This document shows positions 50,522 through 61,490 of a DNA stretch of 64,000 nucleotides, piece after piece. Under the pieces are notes generated by a model. That model had not been told where the DNA came from, did no database searches, and was given only the letters and a program-made list of their open reading frames with translations. The position numbers and the translations under genes are program-made. How positions within the stretch are numbered: position 1 is the first letter of the stretch; each line of letters starts with the position of its first letter. Source of the stretch: Nemertoderma westbladi (lineage: Eukaryota > Animalia > Xenacoelomorpha); NCBI GenBank assembly GCA_032718475.1, contig JAUCBJ010003650.1:1-64000 (forward strand), in the 5' to 3' direction.

Positions 50522-50863
50522 TTAGGATGCTGCAGTTGCAATAGTTGTAGCTACCTCTACAGCTCCAACTATTAAAGGAATAAGAAATGGAAGAAATCCT
50601 CCTTTCTGTGATAATTTCTTACGATAATCATTAATATTTGAATGCTTCTTCAAATTTCGCATTTGACTTTTAAATGGAGCTAGTTTATTTGCATCAGAGG
50701 CTTTTAATTTGAGATTTCCATATAATATATTTAATGTGATATTGATGAGAAAATGTATTAATTTATTACTAGCCTGAGTTCTAATAAATAATCCTCGAGC
50801 ACAGGGTGTACTATTTTTTAAAAACTCTAACTCAGAACGATGCTTATGAATAATAGGTTTCAT
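50522..50863 (-). CDS. Conserved small Polinton protein with a QKGGFL cleavage-type motif
   Basis: I.LNILYGN..L......L..FK..MR.L ... LSQKGGFLPFLIPLI, a motif pattern recalled from Polinton/adintovirus small structural ORFs. Confidence 0.72.
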   Translation of the reverse strand: MKPIIHKHRSELEFLKNSTPCARGLFIRTQASNKLIHFLINITLNILYGNLKLKASDANKLAPFKSQMRNLKKHSNINDYRKKLSQKGGFLPFLIPLIVGAVEVATTIATAAS

Positions 50864-51057
50864 GTTATTAGCTTATTTGAAAAAGAATGATGCTAAACTT
50901 CAAAAAACTAATATTTATTACCTGATATGCTTATAAGTGACAAATTTGTACAAAATATATACACAAAATAATTAATGATAGAAAATACGATATTATTGAT
51001 ATAAAAAAAAATATTTTCGAAAATTGTAATGATCAATAATATTATTATGATTATCAT

Positions 51058-51668
51058 TATTGTAGGTAGATAAACACAATGTTTATTGGTAAATAGATGA
51101 CCTCTAACATGATAATTATCATTTGTTAAATGATGAAAATCAATAATTAAAGGATGAAATGGTTCTGTAGTTGCATCATGGAAGGCATCAATTAAGAATT
51201 TTGGGTTTGTTGGATTCATCTGATAGGAAAGTACACGAATTTGTGTTTGATCTCTAGGAATTTTAAAAATAATAAAGTATGTACTATTAATTGAGCGAGT
51301 TCTTGCTTCTGTACCTCTTTGATATAAGTTTTGTGTTAATAAAATAACTATGGAATGTGTATGTCGAGCAATTTTGGTGAATAATTAGGTAGTTTGCTTT
51401 GAACTTTCTAGCTCACTCATAAGATCATCAAAAACTAATACTGTATTTCTTTTAATATTTTCATTTAAATTTTCTGGAATTTTATGTAATATAGTTATAT
51501 CTATCCCTCTAATATTAGGTTTTGTTTGACCATAGAACCATATGACATTATTAGGTGTATCAAATATAGATTTTATATTATGAAGCAGCTTTTCAACAAA
51601 AGTAGTTTTACCACTTCCTGACGGTCCTGCTATTAATAATGTCTTGTAAAAATAATTTCAGAATCATA
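51058..51668 (-). pseudogene. A32/FtsK-family DNA packaging ATPase
   Basis: Hand translation: LIAGPSGSGKTTFV (Walker A), LVFDDLM (Walker B), ARH..IVILLTQNLY, INSTYFIIFK.PRD..Q...L..QM; one in-frame stop near 51385. Confidence 0.92.
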
Positions 51669-52125
51669 TACTAAAAAATAACAACTAGCAACATAAAATA
51701 AATATTGTAGCAAGAAATAAGTTCTACATAATTTATATATTTACATATTCACAACAAATACGAATTTTTTATAAAGTTATAAAAAAACATTATTTAAGAT
51801 AAGTCTTTCCCACATCATTTAAGTTATAAGTTCCAAATCACCCAAGGTAACCTATAGTTACTCTCAGCATCTTGTATATCATCTTGTATCGTATTACTTA
51901 TCCCTGAGTTGATGTGTGAATTTTGTCAATCCCACCAATAATATTTACTATATAAACCATTTACTCTGTAAAGTTTCTGCACTCTATAAATAAGACAAAA
52001 TTTAGAAGAAGAATTCTTAATTTATACAAACTCATCAATACATGATAGACAAGTCCTACATATATAACAATCAAATGGTATTAAATAAGAATAACAAATG
52101 TTTATTTTTAATATTAAATTATATA

Positions 52126-52683
52126 CTAATTACATACAACATATTCACAAAATAATTTATAAACACTATCAATTACAGATGGTGAGTCATCGATACTATC
52201 TTACCAGTATGAAAAATACTAAAATATGATTTGTTTATGAAGCATCGTATACCACAAAATAGTTCAGGGTTATAATCCAAATGAAAACTATCATTATTTA
52301 TTTTAAAATTTCCACATTTCTGTAGACATTTTCTAAAGTTGATTTTGTGAAATATGATACGAGTTTCAGTATTTAGTTTTAAATTTGCTATTTTCAACCT
52401 GGTAAGGTTTGTGATAAAATCAATTTGTAGAGGTATATAACTACATAGACCAACAATTGTTATAGCACCACTCTCAAAAAACATAAAAGTTGCCTCTTGT
52501 GCACGAAAAATTAACATTTTAGGTTTTGTTACCAAATGACCACGTATTTGTTTGGATAACTGTATTACATCTAGTTTTGAAGAGCAATATGCAGAATAAT
52601 GTCTATTAACAATTTGAATAAGTTCATTAGAACTCGTTTGTTTATCTTTCTTTAATGTTGTATTATCTGTTTTTTGAGTTATT
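52126..52683 (-). pseudogene. TATA-binding-protein-like gene (two saddle repeats) inside the Polinton
   Basis: Repeat 1: IQIVNRHYSAYCSSKLDVIQLS...KPKMLIFRAQEATFMFFESGAITIVG. Repeat 2: LKIAN...KINF...DYNPELFCGIRCFINKSYFSIFHTGKIVSM. Compare TBP QLQNIVSTVNLGCKLDL...TALIFSSGKMVCTG and YEPELFPGLIY...LLIFVSGKVVLTG. The frame is open back to a TTTTCAG acceptor at 52684, and the last helix lies in a shifted frame ending at 52126. Confidence 0.78.
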
Positions 52684-52737
52684 CTGAAAATAGAATGAGT
52701 AGATTAATAATAATAATAATAGTAAATAATAAGTCTA

Positions 52738-55700
52738 TTAGTGGTTATATGTATTATCATTATCACTATCAATGCCAGAGGTATCATTGTTACTATCATA
52801 GTCATTATTACTGTCATGGTTAGGGTCATTGTCACAGTCATTGTTGATAGTGGTAGAATTTCCTTGATGCTGCCCTAAAACCACTTGAGGAGCAATGGTT
52901 TTAGGTAAAATCGGTCTAGACAACTGTGTAATTTGATGCCTATATGGATAACTGATATTCTTATCTTGCCACCATCTTTTTGTTTCACATAGTGTTAATG
53001 ATTTTTTGTGTATTCGAGCTGTTTTTACTTGATGTTTATCGGATCTAAATGCATTAGTAAACCAGAACAGCTCAGTTTCATTGTAATAGCAATCCAAATA
53101 ATCTTGATGTGAAATTTGTTTTGCTACAACACTTTTTGAAACACCTTTGCATGTCTTCTTCTTAGGAGCATCATATGCCTCGAATGAGTATACCTTTGGT
53201 TTTAAAAATACCCAAGATTTGTAGAGACAGCCTGTTGACTCATCTTTCAAATAACCTAATGATGCTTTATGTGTATTAGTAAAAAGAGGATGTAAAGTAT
53301 CATAATTTGATGTATCTAAAAACCCACCTTCAAACATTGCTGTTAAGAATTTATCATGTGAAGTGTTTGTTACACTAAGCATAAGGCTATCAGTATCTCC
53401 ACTACATGCTCGAATTTGGCATCCTAATTGTTATTCTATAGGTTTAATTTTATTGTAAAAGTAATCATACATTTCCAATTTTGATAAATCAAGGATAGCT
53501 GTGCCAATAAATACTGCTTGATTTAAAGTTACAGCTTCTTTACAAAATGTATGCCCAGATAAATTTGGTGAAAATACAATAAAGGACTTGTGGTTTGGTT
53601 TAGCGATCAATTTATCATATTCTTCACTCGATGTTGCTAACCTAAAATTTATTATATTACGCACTTTTTGTAAACATTTTCCATAAAGAGCATTATTTAA
53701 TAGCTTATAGAACAATACTTCGAATGGGTTTTTTGCAGATTGTCGCTTATTTTTATTGAAGGCTATATAATCTCTAAATATGTATTTTTGAGAAAATGAA
53801 TATATATTATGGATTTTTGTAATTTTGAGTCCCATTTTTAGGTAAAATTGCAACAATTTAATATGAACCCCATATTCATATTTAGGGAATTGATGGAGTA
53901 AAAGCTTCGTTGATACATCATTATATTTTTTGAAAGAAGCATCATCTCAAATGTTATAATGCTCCCACTGATTTTTCATATGAGGACTGAGAAGAGAAGA
54001 TGGTACACTCATCTTCTCAGGACCCAATGGCATATCAACAGTAAGATCTTGGACATGTTTAGGATAATCAAGGCTTACTATACAAAAATATCCAATATCA
54101 CCGTCAGCATCTATTGTAGCCAAATCAATCGGTGTTATAACTTCCTTAATATTGGCATATGGAAGCTTTTGAGAAAGAGCGTGGCCATAGAGGTTATTGG
54201 CATCCACTGGTATCAAATATTTCTCTGGCTTATTGGAGTCATAGTCGGGTTCTCCAGGGATATTGGCCTCCTCCAAATGTGTATTTAGGAAAACCATTCC
54301 TCCTCGGATTGAACTTTCAAATTGTGAATAGATATTTGAATCATTCAATAATTTTAATGAAATACCTGTGAATGTTTGAGCAGCATCGTATGTTAACCCA
54401 GGTGCTGTATAATAGTGTAGTGGTTCTAGACCATAGTTGTTAAGGCAGAGCTGACAAAATTCTTCAAATACATCAGCTAAGAGAGTAATATCGAGACATA
54501 GATAGCCCATTAGATAATCATAGATTGTTTGACATTGAAGCTCATCCCACGCTGATAGAGCACGTTGATAATCTTCTATGCTACAATCTTCTAGTTTAAG
54601 ATCATTATAAAAGTCAGCGATTGGAGGTAGTTGGGTTTCATGAAGATTAGAAATATTTTGAATATAGCTATAGGGAAAGACACCCTTGTTCTTAATAGTT
54701 GAGCCTGTAATATTTGGATAAAGTTTTTTCATTTGAGATAGTGTATGTGGAATAGCTGTAGATAGATTATAATTATTGCAAGTAAGATAACTACTCAGAT
54801 TGTCTAAACTCGCTGTCATGAATTGAAAAGAGTCCAAGAAATTAAGGCAGATAGAATCTTTTAGTGTTGCAGATTTTAAATTTTTGTTAATAGGAAATGT
54901 AGCTTGTAGATTGATGTAATTTTCAGTAGTTTGTTGAATTACATTAAAGTGCCAATGTTTATGTGCACTAGTGGACATGCCTTCCTTTAACAGGATATGT
55001 ATGTCGTATTTACGTAAGTTATGAAATATGATAGAAAATTTATTACGTTTTATTGATAGTTTACGATTACAACTAACACAAGCTGCACCACGATATATTC
55101 CAGTATAGTGATCGTGGTCACAAACTTTTGTAGATAGATTTTTAGAAAGGTCTAGCCCATAAGAGTCAGGAGTAAGGATACAATCACAAGAGTAGCAGTT
55201 TGTTGCGAGATTAAATTTTTGTTGTTCAGTGTGTGTCAAGTTCATACATATATTAGTATTTGAGCCAGAGATTGACCATTCATACAGTTCCCTATAGTGA
55301 GATTCTAAGGCAGTAAGTAAATCATTTATTACATGATTAGAGCCATCATCCTTAAAAGTTTGAATTGTAATATTTGGTGGGTTTATTAAATTACGGTTTG
55401 GTATAGTAAAAAATGCAGCAGCGCTTGCGATATGTTTTTGGGGAAATTTAGGGTCTGATGTCGGTTCTAGAATAGTTTCTATATCAGAGTAGATGCAGAA
55501 AGGAGGAGAAAGAGTTTTATCGAGTCTATTAAATTTTAGAGTTAGTTTGTCATCTTTAGGCATCTGTTCAACTTGTCGTCTAGCAGAATAGCAGAGGTTG
55601 CGATGTGTTTGTACAGCATTTAATGAATAAAAAGGTCGTGTACAACGCTCGCAGAAAAACAAAAGATTATGTGAGCTTGTTCTTGTGTTAAATAGACGAC

Positions 55701-55889
55701 CTAAATTGGATACTGCTGAAAACTGTCTAAGAAAACTATTATTATTATCAACAAAAAGTAAAGTTAATACAGTTTTATTAAAGCAATGATATTTGTCAGG
55801 TTGGCGTAATGTTGTAACTGATTTTGTGTTTTCATGCCAGAGGAATAAGTTTATGCAATACTTAATATTATCTTTTTCAAATTGATTGA
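52738..55889 (-). pseudogene. Protein-primed family B DNA polymerase, main body, with an inserted endonuclease VII (HNH) motif
   Basis: ExoI IYSDIET; CYSC...VCDHDHYTGIYRGAACVSCN; ExoII FHNLRKYD; FLDSFQFM.SLD.L; KGVFPY; ExoIII YLCLD; motif A DANNLYG; motif B KLLNNALYGK; motif C GDTDS (~53385-53402); LKPKVY; CKGV. Premature stops at 53947 and 53431. Confidence 0.95.
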
Positions 55890-57088
55890 TAGTCCAGTCA
55901 AAATAGGGCTCAACCTCGGACAAATTGCAACAGAATTTAATTTAATAATTTCTAGACCCAAATTTTATGCTTATCAACATATCCAAAATCGGCCAAAATT
56001 GGGATGTTGGAACTTGGTTAAATAGACCATTTCACCATTGCAACAGAAAGTCATACATAAATCACCCATTTCCTATAATCCTATGGAATTCTAACCTAGA
56101 CCTACCCCACCCAAATCACTATCGGAGAATCCGATGGGGTACATTTTGAAACCCGGTAACCATGACAACTATGAGAATTACATCGTCGAAATTAATTGTA
56201 CAGTAAATTTATGAAATTTTAGAAACATATCCATATTGCGTGTTCACATTGTTGCAAAATTAGGAAACTCTGTATTTATATTATCCTTAAGCATTATTGT
56301 TTTTTTCTAGATTCGGTGTTCAAGTGGAATAGTAGTTGGCCTGTAACCTAGGTAATAAGAAAATAATATCACCTATAATGTTTCTTCAGTTTAAATATGG
56401 TTACTATCATTTTAAAAAGAAACCAATTCAGGATCAAGTACCTCTCATGTTGCTATGTTCAGACCATAATTTGCCAGCCAATCATGTCATTTCTTGTTGC
56501 CATGGCAACCAAAAATATTATTTAATATGTGAAAATTCCATCAGAAACATTTTATATGTTCTTCAGATGCATATCAATATGTTACATAGTCAACATTCAT
56601 GATCACAAGCGAAGTCATTATTCTGTTGTTACCATAGCAATGGGCATATTTATGTAGTTATAGTAACGTATTTGGCATTTTATTGACATTGGAAGTTAAT
56701 CATATTAAAGATTATTGAAAAAAATTGTGTGGAGTCTGCTACAGTTATTTTATTTAACAAAGTCTTGAATTTTGACCATAGCAACAGGAGTTTTGATCTT
56801 AATTCGGGAGTGACTTGTTAAAAAAACTCAAAATTCGGTTTAATGTACATCTCAGTATTTTGTACCATAAGATGCTGTAGAAAATTACAAAATTATATTC
56901 GAATGACATTAATGTACTTAGCAACGAAAGTTTTCCTTAGCAACCGGGGTCTTTTTGTACCAACATCGCGTTATATAGTGATAATATATATATGCAATAA
57001 TAATATAATAACAATAACAATAAACAAAAACAATAATAATATATACAATATATACAATATATATGTTTTTTATTGAGCAGTGAAGTTT

Positions 57089-57678
57089 AGTACTGGAACT
57101 ACTGCTGCTCTAAATAATCGGACCTTAAGTTTCCGATTAATTCTCGGTGACTTCCAAATCCTGGAAAGCCTATTCTAGGCTGCCCATGCCTTTCCCTTAC
57201 ATATTCGAAGGTCCTCACCTGACTTCCGGATCCATGATCCCAGGTAAGAGAAGTCGTCCACATGCTCAAGCATACCATCCTTTTAGCTTATGCTCATCCA
57301 GTCAGAGACTTGCTGAGGACTTTCAAAGTTAACTGTCAAAATTTTGGTCTTTCTGGAGTTAATAAAAAGACCAACACTAGAAGCAGCCTGTTCTAATGAG
57401 CCGAGGAGCCGTTGGGCTCCCTCTAGTGATTCTGAGAGTACTCCTAAGTCATCAGCAAAGTCTAGATCAGTTAGGTACTTGGCAGGATTTCCTCGACTTC
57501 AGGAGCCAGTAGGTGGAGTATCATCACCCCATCATCATTATGATGATCTATGGACATGCGTAAAACATAGTCAACCACAATTATGAACAAGAATGGTGCA
57601 AGTGTGTCTCCTTGGAGGACGCCCCATAACACTTCAAATGGTTCTGTGTCACCGTCAACAGTAGACACAAATGTTGTC
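57089..57678 (-). mobile_element. RTE-clade LINE internal fragment inside the Academ-like element
   Basis: TTFVSTVDGDTEPFEVLWGVLQGDTLAPFLFIIVVDY...DLDFADD; near-identical to 39880-40385, with no tail or TSD. Confidence 0.92.
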
Positions 57679-57689
57679 AAATACACAAA

Positions 57690-57830
57690 TACAACAGCGC
57701 TTGGTCAAACAGAGTTAGAACTTTCATACACGATATGGGTGATCTTCCTGCCACAGGAGCGGTTTATCACCAGATATGCAATGCAGTGTCAATTTTCGTA
57801 CAGGTAAACATATACCACAAGTATTTAGTA
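57690..57830 (+). pseudogene. Transposase N-terminal remnant (Academ-like)
   Basis: Hand translation: AWSNRVRTFIHDMGDLPATGAVYHQIC/SVNFRTGKHIP, with a frameshift from a small ATGCA duplication. DLxAxxAVYHxxC is recalled from CXC-tailed transposases. Confidence 0.55.
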
Positions 57831-59407
57831 TAAATTCCATATCGGTATCCCATCTAACCAAAAACTATCTAACCGACAAGCAATATCTATGAGTAGCACA
57901 CCAAGAGTAATATAATTTATTATATAGCTAGGTACTGGTACAGTAAAATAGGGTGTACCAGTATTTATTACTGTATTTCTGATACCATATAAAATATTTA
58001 AAATATTCTGAAAATATATTGCTAAGGAAAACTCGCCATTGATAAGTAAGATTCAACATTGATGTAGAAAACTTGGTAATTACTGTATTTGAAAACTCGT
58101 TGCTACCTTGAGAAACTACCCGTTGCTAAGGTAACTCGCTGTTGCTATACACAATTCAACGTTGCCAAGGAGAACTTACTACTGTTATTTAAACTTCCCA
58201 GCTCAATAAAAAACATGTTATCACTTTATAACGCGATGTTGGTACAAAAAGACCCCGGTTGCTAAGGAAAACTTCCGTTGCTAAGTACATTAAGGTCATT
58301 CGAATACAATTTTGTAATTTTCTACAGCATCTCATGCTACAAAATACTGAAATGTACATTAAACCGAATTTTGAGTATTTTTAACAAGTCACTCCCGAAT
58401 TAGGATCAAAACTCCCGTTGCTATGGTCAAAATTCAAGACTTTGTTTAATAAAATAACTGTAGCAGTCTCCACACAATTTTTTTCAATAATCTTTAATAT
58501 GATTAACTTCCAATGTCAATAAAATGCCAAATACGTTACTATAACTACATAAATACTAAAATATGCCCGTTGCTATGGTAACAACAGAATAATGACTTCG
58601 CTTGTGATCATAAAAATGTTGACTACATAAATACTAAAATATGCCCGTTGCTATGGTAACAACAGAATAATGACTTCGCTTGTGATCATAAAAATGTTGA
58701 CTATGTAACATCTTGATATGCATCTGAAGAACATATAAAATGTTTCTGATGGAATTTTCACATATTAAATAATATTTTTGGTTGCCATGGCAACAAGAAA
58801 TGACATGATTGGCCGGCAAATTATGGTCTGAACATAGCAACATGTGAGGTACTTGATCCTGAATTGGTTTCTTTTTAAAATGATAGTAACCATATTCAAA
58901 CTGAAGAAACATTATAGGTGATATTATTTTCGTATTACATAGGTTACAGGCCAACTACTATTTCACTTCAACGCCGAATCTAGAAAAAAACAATTATACT
59001 TAATGACAATATAATTACAGAGTTTCCTAATTTTGCAACAATGGGAACACGCAATATGGATACGTTTCCAAAATTTTATAAATTTACTCTACAATTAATT
59101 TCGACGATCTCATAGACAATAATCATAGTTGTCATGGTAACCGGGTTTCAAAACGTGCCCCATCGGATTCTCCGATAGTGATTTGGGTGGGGTAGGTCAA
59201 GGTTAGAATTCCGTAGGATTATAGGAAATGGGTGATTTATGCATGACTTTCTGTTGCCATGGTGAAATGGTCTATTTAACCAAGTTCCAACAACCCGATT
59301 TGGGCCGATTTTGGATATGTTGATAAGCATAAAATTTGGGCCTAGAAAATATTAAATTAAATTCTGTTGCAATTTGTCCGAGGTTGAGCCCTATTTTGAC
59401 TGGACTA

Positions 59408-60454
59408 TGATGCCTGTTTTTGTTTTTGTTGTTTGTGTCTATTCCTATCAATTTTATATTGGAAGGCTGAAGCTAATACTGCATACTTTAAACATTCACC
59501 TAATGGGCAGTCAACGTTTATAGTACATGTTTTATTAGCTAAATTTTTTGGAATTTTGCCGCCATGACCTTTAAAATATGCATTGCGATTAGAGGCAGAA
59601 ATTTGAATAATTATCCTATCTATTTGTACTATCCGCCAACCAGAACCCATATTAACAAAACTAGCAACAAGCTCATCTATCCTACCAACAGCATTTTGGT
59701 ACCAACAATCAAAGTCATATTCTGATCTAATGAAATTTCATTATTTTCCCCAGAGGATTTGAAACAAAATGTTTCCATTTGGACCCCATCACTTTGTTCC
59801 CGTTCTAAAATTAAAAAAATTGATAGCCAAACTTTAATAAAAACCCCTAAACCTGTCATATGTTGACTTACCCTCCCTCCCCCAAATATGTGGCTTTTTA
59901 TTGTTTAATGTGTCTTCTATATCTAGATGAGCTGTTGTTAGTTTATTTGAGTATTCAAACAACCTGTTGTGTGCAGAGTTCTGAACAATTTCCTCAAACT
60001 GATTTGAGGAAGAAGAAGAAGAAGGTCCAGCTCCAATTTCATTAGTTGGTGTCGATGTATGGTTTGGAGATGGAGTTGCAGGTTGAATAGCATCTTTATT
60101 TTTACGTTTGCATGAGAACAACCGAGTGTAACAAGAATGGTGTTTAAATGCAGAGAGAGTGAAAGTCTCCCCACATTTACAGTCAGTTGTTTCATTAACA
60201 AACGTAAAGCCAGTTCCTCCTTCTTGACAAATCGATAGATGAGTAATGGCCGTTTTCTTTTCCGATGTGAAGGCGTGGCAGTTGTCATATTGATATTGTT
60301 TGAAATGAGATTGAAGATGGTGATTGAGAATATCTGATCTCATCTCATTTTCGTAAATAGGACAAGCGATAATTTTTGAAGACATTGGCATTGTGGCTTT
60401 TTTTAAAGTTGATTTTTCGTTGTACAGTAGTAACTTTTCAGTAAACAGTGACAA
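59408..60454 (-). pseudogene. N-terminal part of pPolB (zinc-finger-like segment and terminal-protein region)
   Basis: GSGWRIVQID..., KTCTINV....ECLKYAVLA, and decayed C2H2-like motifs (CPIY...HHLQSH; CKCGETF....KHH). Same strand as, and directly upstream of, the polymerase body. Confidence 0.8.
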
Positions 60455-60485
60455 ATAAAAATAATTGTTGTAGTTGAAGTTGGAG

Positions 60486-61474
60486 TTCAGTTATTGTTGT
60501 AGAATAAGATGGTTGAGATTGAAGTAAAGACTTGAAAGTGATGAATATTTGAGAGTGAGTTGATGATGAATAATACAAGTGTGATAATATTAAATTATGT
60601 AAAATAAATTAATGGAAAGAATTTATACTATAATGAAGTTGTTAAGTTGAATGCAAAAATTTGTGGTGATGTTTTATTATAATGTATATGGTCACATAGG
60701 GAGGATGTGAATATGCAGATGCAACAACCAGTTGCATAGGGATGAGAATATACAAATGCAACAACAACCAATGAAGATGCAGCCAAGAAATCTAGTTGAC
60801 CTATTGAGAGAGGTTTCATTACAAATGGGTTAAAAATAGACTGTTGGTGCCATAATGACTGGAGAAATAATCCTTTCTTAATCTTTTATAAAATATATAT
60901 TAATTTTTTGAATATAATATTTTGCATAGTTTCGAGAGATTATCTTTAGGTTGAAAGCATTGTAATTAAAAATATCAAAGAAAAAGCGGCATTTGCAATA
61001 TTGTGTGTCAGAATTGGTGAAATTATTTAAAAAATTATGTAAATGTGTAGGAATGAATTGCTATTTGCAAAAGCTGTGAAATGAAATAATAATTACTTAA
61101 AGATTAGTCATACCTTGATGTTTGAAGAAAACAGAGAATTAATGACACCAAAATTAGTTGAATAACAAAATTAGGTTTTGTTGAATGTGTAAGTGTTATA
61201 ATTGCTCTTTACTAAAACGTGTGAAATGAAATAAGTATCAACAAAATATTAGTTACGATTTTATGTGTGAGGTATACAAAAGATTATTGCCAATCTAATT
61301 GGAATTAACACTGTGAACACTAGAATTAATGCACTAGGTGTTTTGGCATAGAAATGGTATGAGAGATTAAGGGATTAAGACCTTAACAATAGGATTAACA
61401 CCTTAGGTGTTCTTGGCACAAAAAAGGTGTGAGTTAGATCTAACTGTCCTGGTATCCTGGCTCTCTATACTACT
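60486..61474 (-). repeat. Polinton right TIR (~0.99 kb)
   Basis: Reverse complement of the left TIR, ending ...GGCTCTCTATACTACT. Confidence 0.9.
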
Positions 61475-61490
61475 TACGAGAGATAGTCAT

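Larger units (their letters stand above)
55890..59407. mobile_element. Non-autonomous Academ-like transposon (3518 bp, ~1.2-kb TIRs) inserted in pPolB
   Basis: TAGTCCAGTCAAAATAGGGCTCAACCTCGGAC... at 55890 and its reverse complement ending at 59407. TGA flanks both ends (55887-55889, 59408-59410; 3-bp TSD, although a TA reading is possible). Many CCATRGCAAC motifs. Confidence 0.85.
41419..61474. mobile_element. Polinton/Maverick (adintovirus-like endogenous virus), full length, decayed, 20,056 bp including a 3.5-kb nested insertion
   Basis: Termini AGTAGTATA.AGAGCCAGGATACCAGGACAGTTAGA and the reverse complement; TSD TACGAG at 41413-41418 and 61475-61480; pPolB, integrase, ATPase, protease, major capsid and penton genes all recognisable. 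Confidence 0.97.

Noticed and set aside
55890-55923. Listed start of the 658-aa pPolB ORF (MSEVEPYFDW)
   Set aside because: These codons come from the inserted transposon TIR; the real N-terminus lies at 59408-60454.
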